DNA of 64,000 bases from Eledone cirrhosa. Its lineage: Eukaryota. Numbering within the stretch: the stretch's first letter is position 1; each line of letters begins with the position of its first letter. The stretch lies in the NCBI GenBank assembly GCA_964016885.1, contig OZ024748.1:29326001-29390000 (forward strand). Reading direction: 5' to 3'. Positions 62,010-64,000 of the stretch are shown here, piece by piece. The position numbers and the translations under genes are program-made. Below the pieces are notes generated by a model. It had not been told where the DNA came from. It was given only the letters and a program-made list of their open reading frames with translations, and made no database searches.

Positions 62010-64000
62010 CTATAGAAAGTTAATTTAGAATGAAATAGTTGATACGAAATGAAAACTTGTTAAACCTCACTCCACAACAGACTGTGTTGTGTTGAGAGTT
62101 TCAATAGGAAAGAAAGAATGCAATAAATAAAATGTTACTATTAAAGCTTTTAGTCTAGCAATCCTATAAGATTAATAGACTATAGGCTCTACAGTTGAAA
62201 TATGGATAATAATTACATTTCAAATAGAAACTTTTGTGTCAAATTTTCACTCCATATATCCTCAGTGATATTGTCTTCAACACATTCAAAATAGAACTGA
62301 AGTAGTTGTACAAAACACTAAAACTAAGCTACAGGCTCTCAGAAAATATAGAACTGGATAGACTCTTGAGAAAAATACCACAAATGTCTCACTGACACAC
62401 AGATACATATATATTTATGTATGTATTATACTGTTAACCATGGGATGGCTTCAGTAAATTCAGACATGTTTACACTGCTAATGCAATGGTAAGTAATTTA
62501 ATGAGAGAGACAATAAAATGGTTTGTAGTAAAGTTTGATACTCATGATCAAGTCATCAATTATCCAGAAATTTTTCAGGTGTTGTATTTCATTTACATAA
62601 ATTATATTAATTTACATGGATCCATAAGGAATGCAGCATTCTATAGCATATCATGGAGGAGTGTTGAATATGTCCTGGAATAGGATGTCAGTTGGCAAAC
62701 AACCAGATATCCAGATGTAGAGGTTTTTCTCCACATCTGGAAGAACTGAGGCCCATAGAAGTGTCTTGTTCAAAGATGTGAAAATTTTGGAAGAATCAGC
62801 AGGGGTTTCAATGACTTCTAAGCTATTTTGAATCTAGGCAAATGCATGAACACGCAAACACATTTTATATATATATATGTATGTGTATGTGTGAGTGTTT
62901 GTGTATACATGTATGTAGACCCAATCCATTGCCAGCCTTTCATCCAGGTCTCTGTATAACAATCTTGGTGTGCTGCTTCATTCCCTTGTGTAATGCCACA
63001 CTATTAGTGGAACTCACATGCAGTAGTGGATTCTCCAATAGAGAATCCACTACCAGGTTACCACTGCTTAATGATGGTGGAGTTACATTTGTTACTGGTT
63101 GCTCGGTGGTGTCTCACTACCAAGTGTGATTAAATCAACTTCATCTTCATGTGTAATAACCTCAAACTCAAGTCACTGAGTTGCAGTGGCCCTATACTTA
63201 TAGGGATCAAATTAGTGGTTAGCAGCAAATGACACAATGGTCTTCATTTTGTCTTCTCTTTACTCACAGCAATTTCAGATATTCTACAAAGGCTATAGAC
63301 ACAACTTACCTTTGAATAAACCATAACAAGATTTTTTTTATAACGTACACAACATACATATACAAAAGATATAAAGTATAAATATATGTATGTATACATA
63401 CATGCACATATATACAAGATATTAGTGCAAAAACCTAATATACATATATAAAAAAATTATATCATTCTAAACATTGAAAAGTTTCAACATTTCTGAGTTC
63501 ATATAACACTAGTGATATTTCCTGACAGTAAACGGAAAAATGATTTATCAACTAAATATTACATTTTTCCTGCATGTTTTTTTTTGTTGATGTTTGCTAT
63601 ATACATTAGGTTATTATTAGAACCAAAATGAACTTGTGTTGCTCTTTGTGGGACCTTTGTCATGAGATAATAATAATAATTCTTTCTTTATTAACCACAA
63701 GGGTTGACACAAAGTATAACATTAAGGCACAGGACGGTACAAATCGGTATTTCTGCGTATAAAAAAACAACAAAAAACAAATAAAAATTCCCCAATAGAG
63801 GGAGACTACCGAGGGTCACTCTTGGAGAAAGCCCACAAAAAAAAGCCACGGTTACCCTGACCACTAGGGCAAGTGCCTTCTTCTAGTTTTCCTCCTACGA
63901 TGCTACAGGCACATGCTCAGGGTAGGCCCATTCTTGCCTCCCTCACTCACCTTTCAACAAGATGGCTGGAAGGCAGCACTTCCCTCTCCACTCTGATTTT

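Noticed and set aside
62842-63990. Further SAFB 5' exons (donor-like site near 63306)
   Set aside because: No convincing open frame or SAP-domain sequence found.

Overview
AT-rich animal genomic DNA. (TA)n tracts, RTE LINEs, tRNA-derived CORE-SINEs and Penelope-like elements (PLEs) suggest an octopus or other cephalopod (inference from repeat style only). Positions 1-39.8 kb are a retroelement nest built on (TA)n microsatellite. It holds three RTE families, including one intact 1039-aa copy with a PHD-like finger inside the RT and a 6.4 x 411-bp tandem array at its 5' end, plus several PLE families and SINEs. Its centrepiece is a ~10.9-kb, near-perfect head-to-head inverted tandem PLE (26530-37450) with two intact 1206-aa RT-GIY-YIG ORFs and an Asn-rich insert. 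Reading by eye, I found about 15 type I hammerhead ribozyme motifs from about 8 sequence families, including U3-A8 core variants. Most lie 50-260 nt upstream of a (TA)n junction. The 5'-to-5' architecture with 3' ends in (TA)n recurs from 0.3 kb to 11 kb, even between unrelated elements. Positions 41-62 kb hold the 3' part of a spliced SAFB/SLTM-family gene on the minus strand, with a tandemly duplicated coiled-coil exon and antisense-oriented intronic LINEs. All structures were read manually; no folding or database searches were run.
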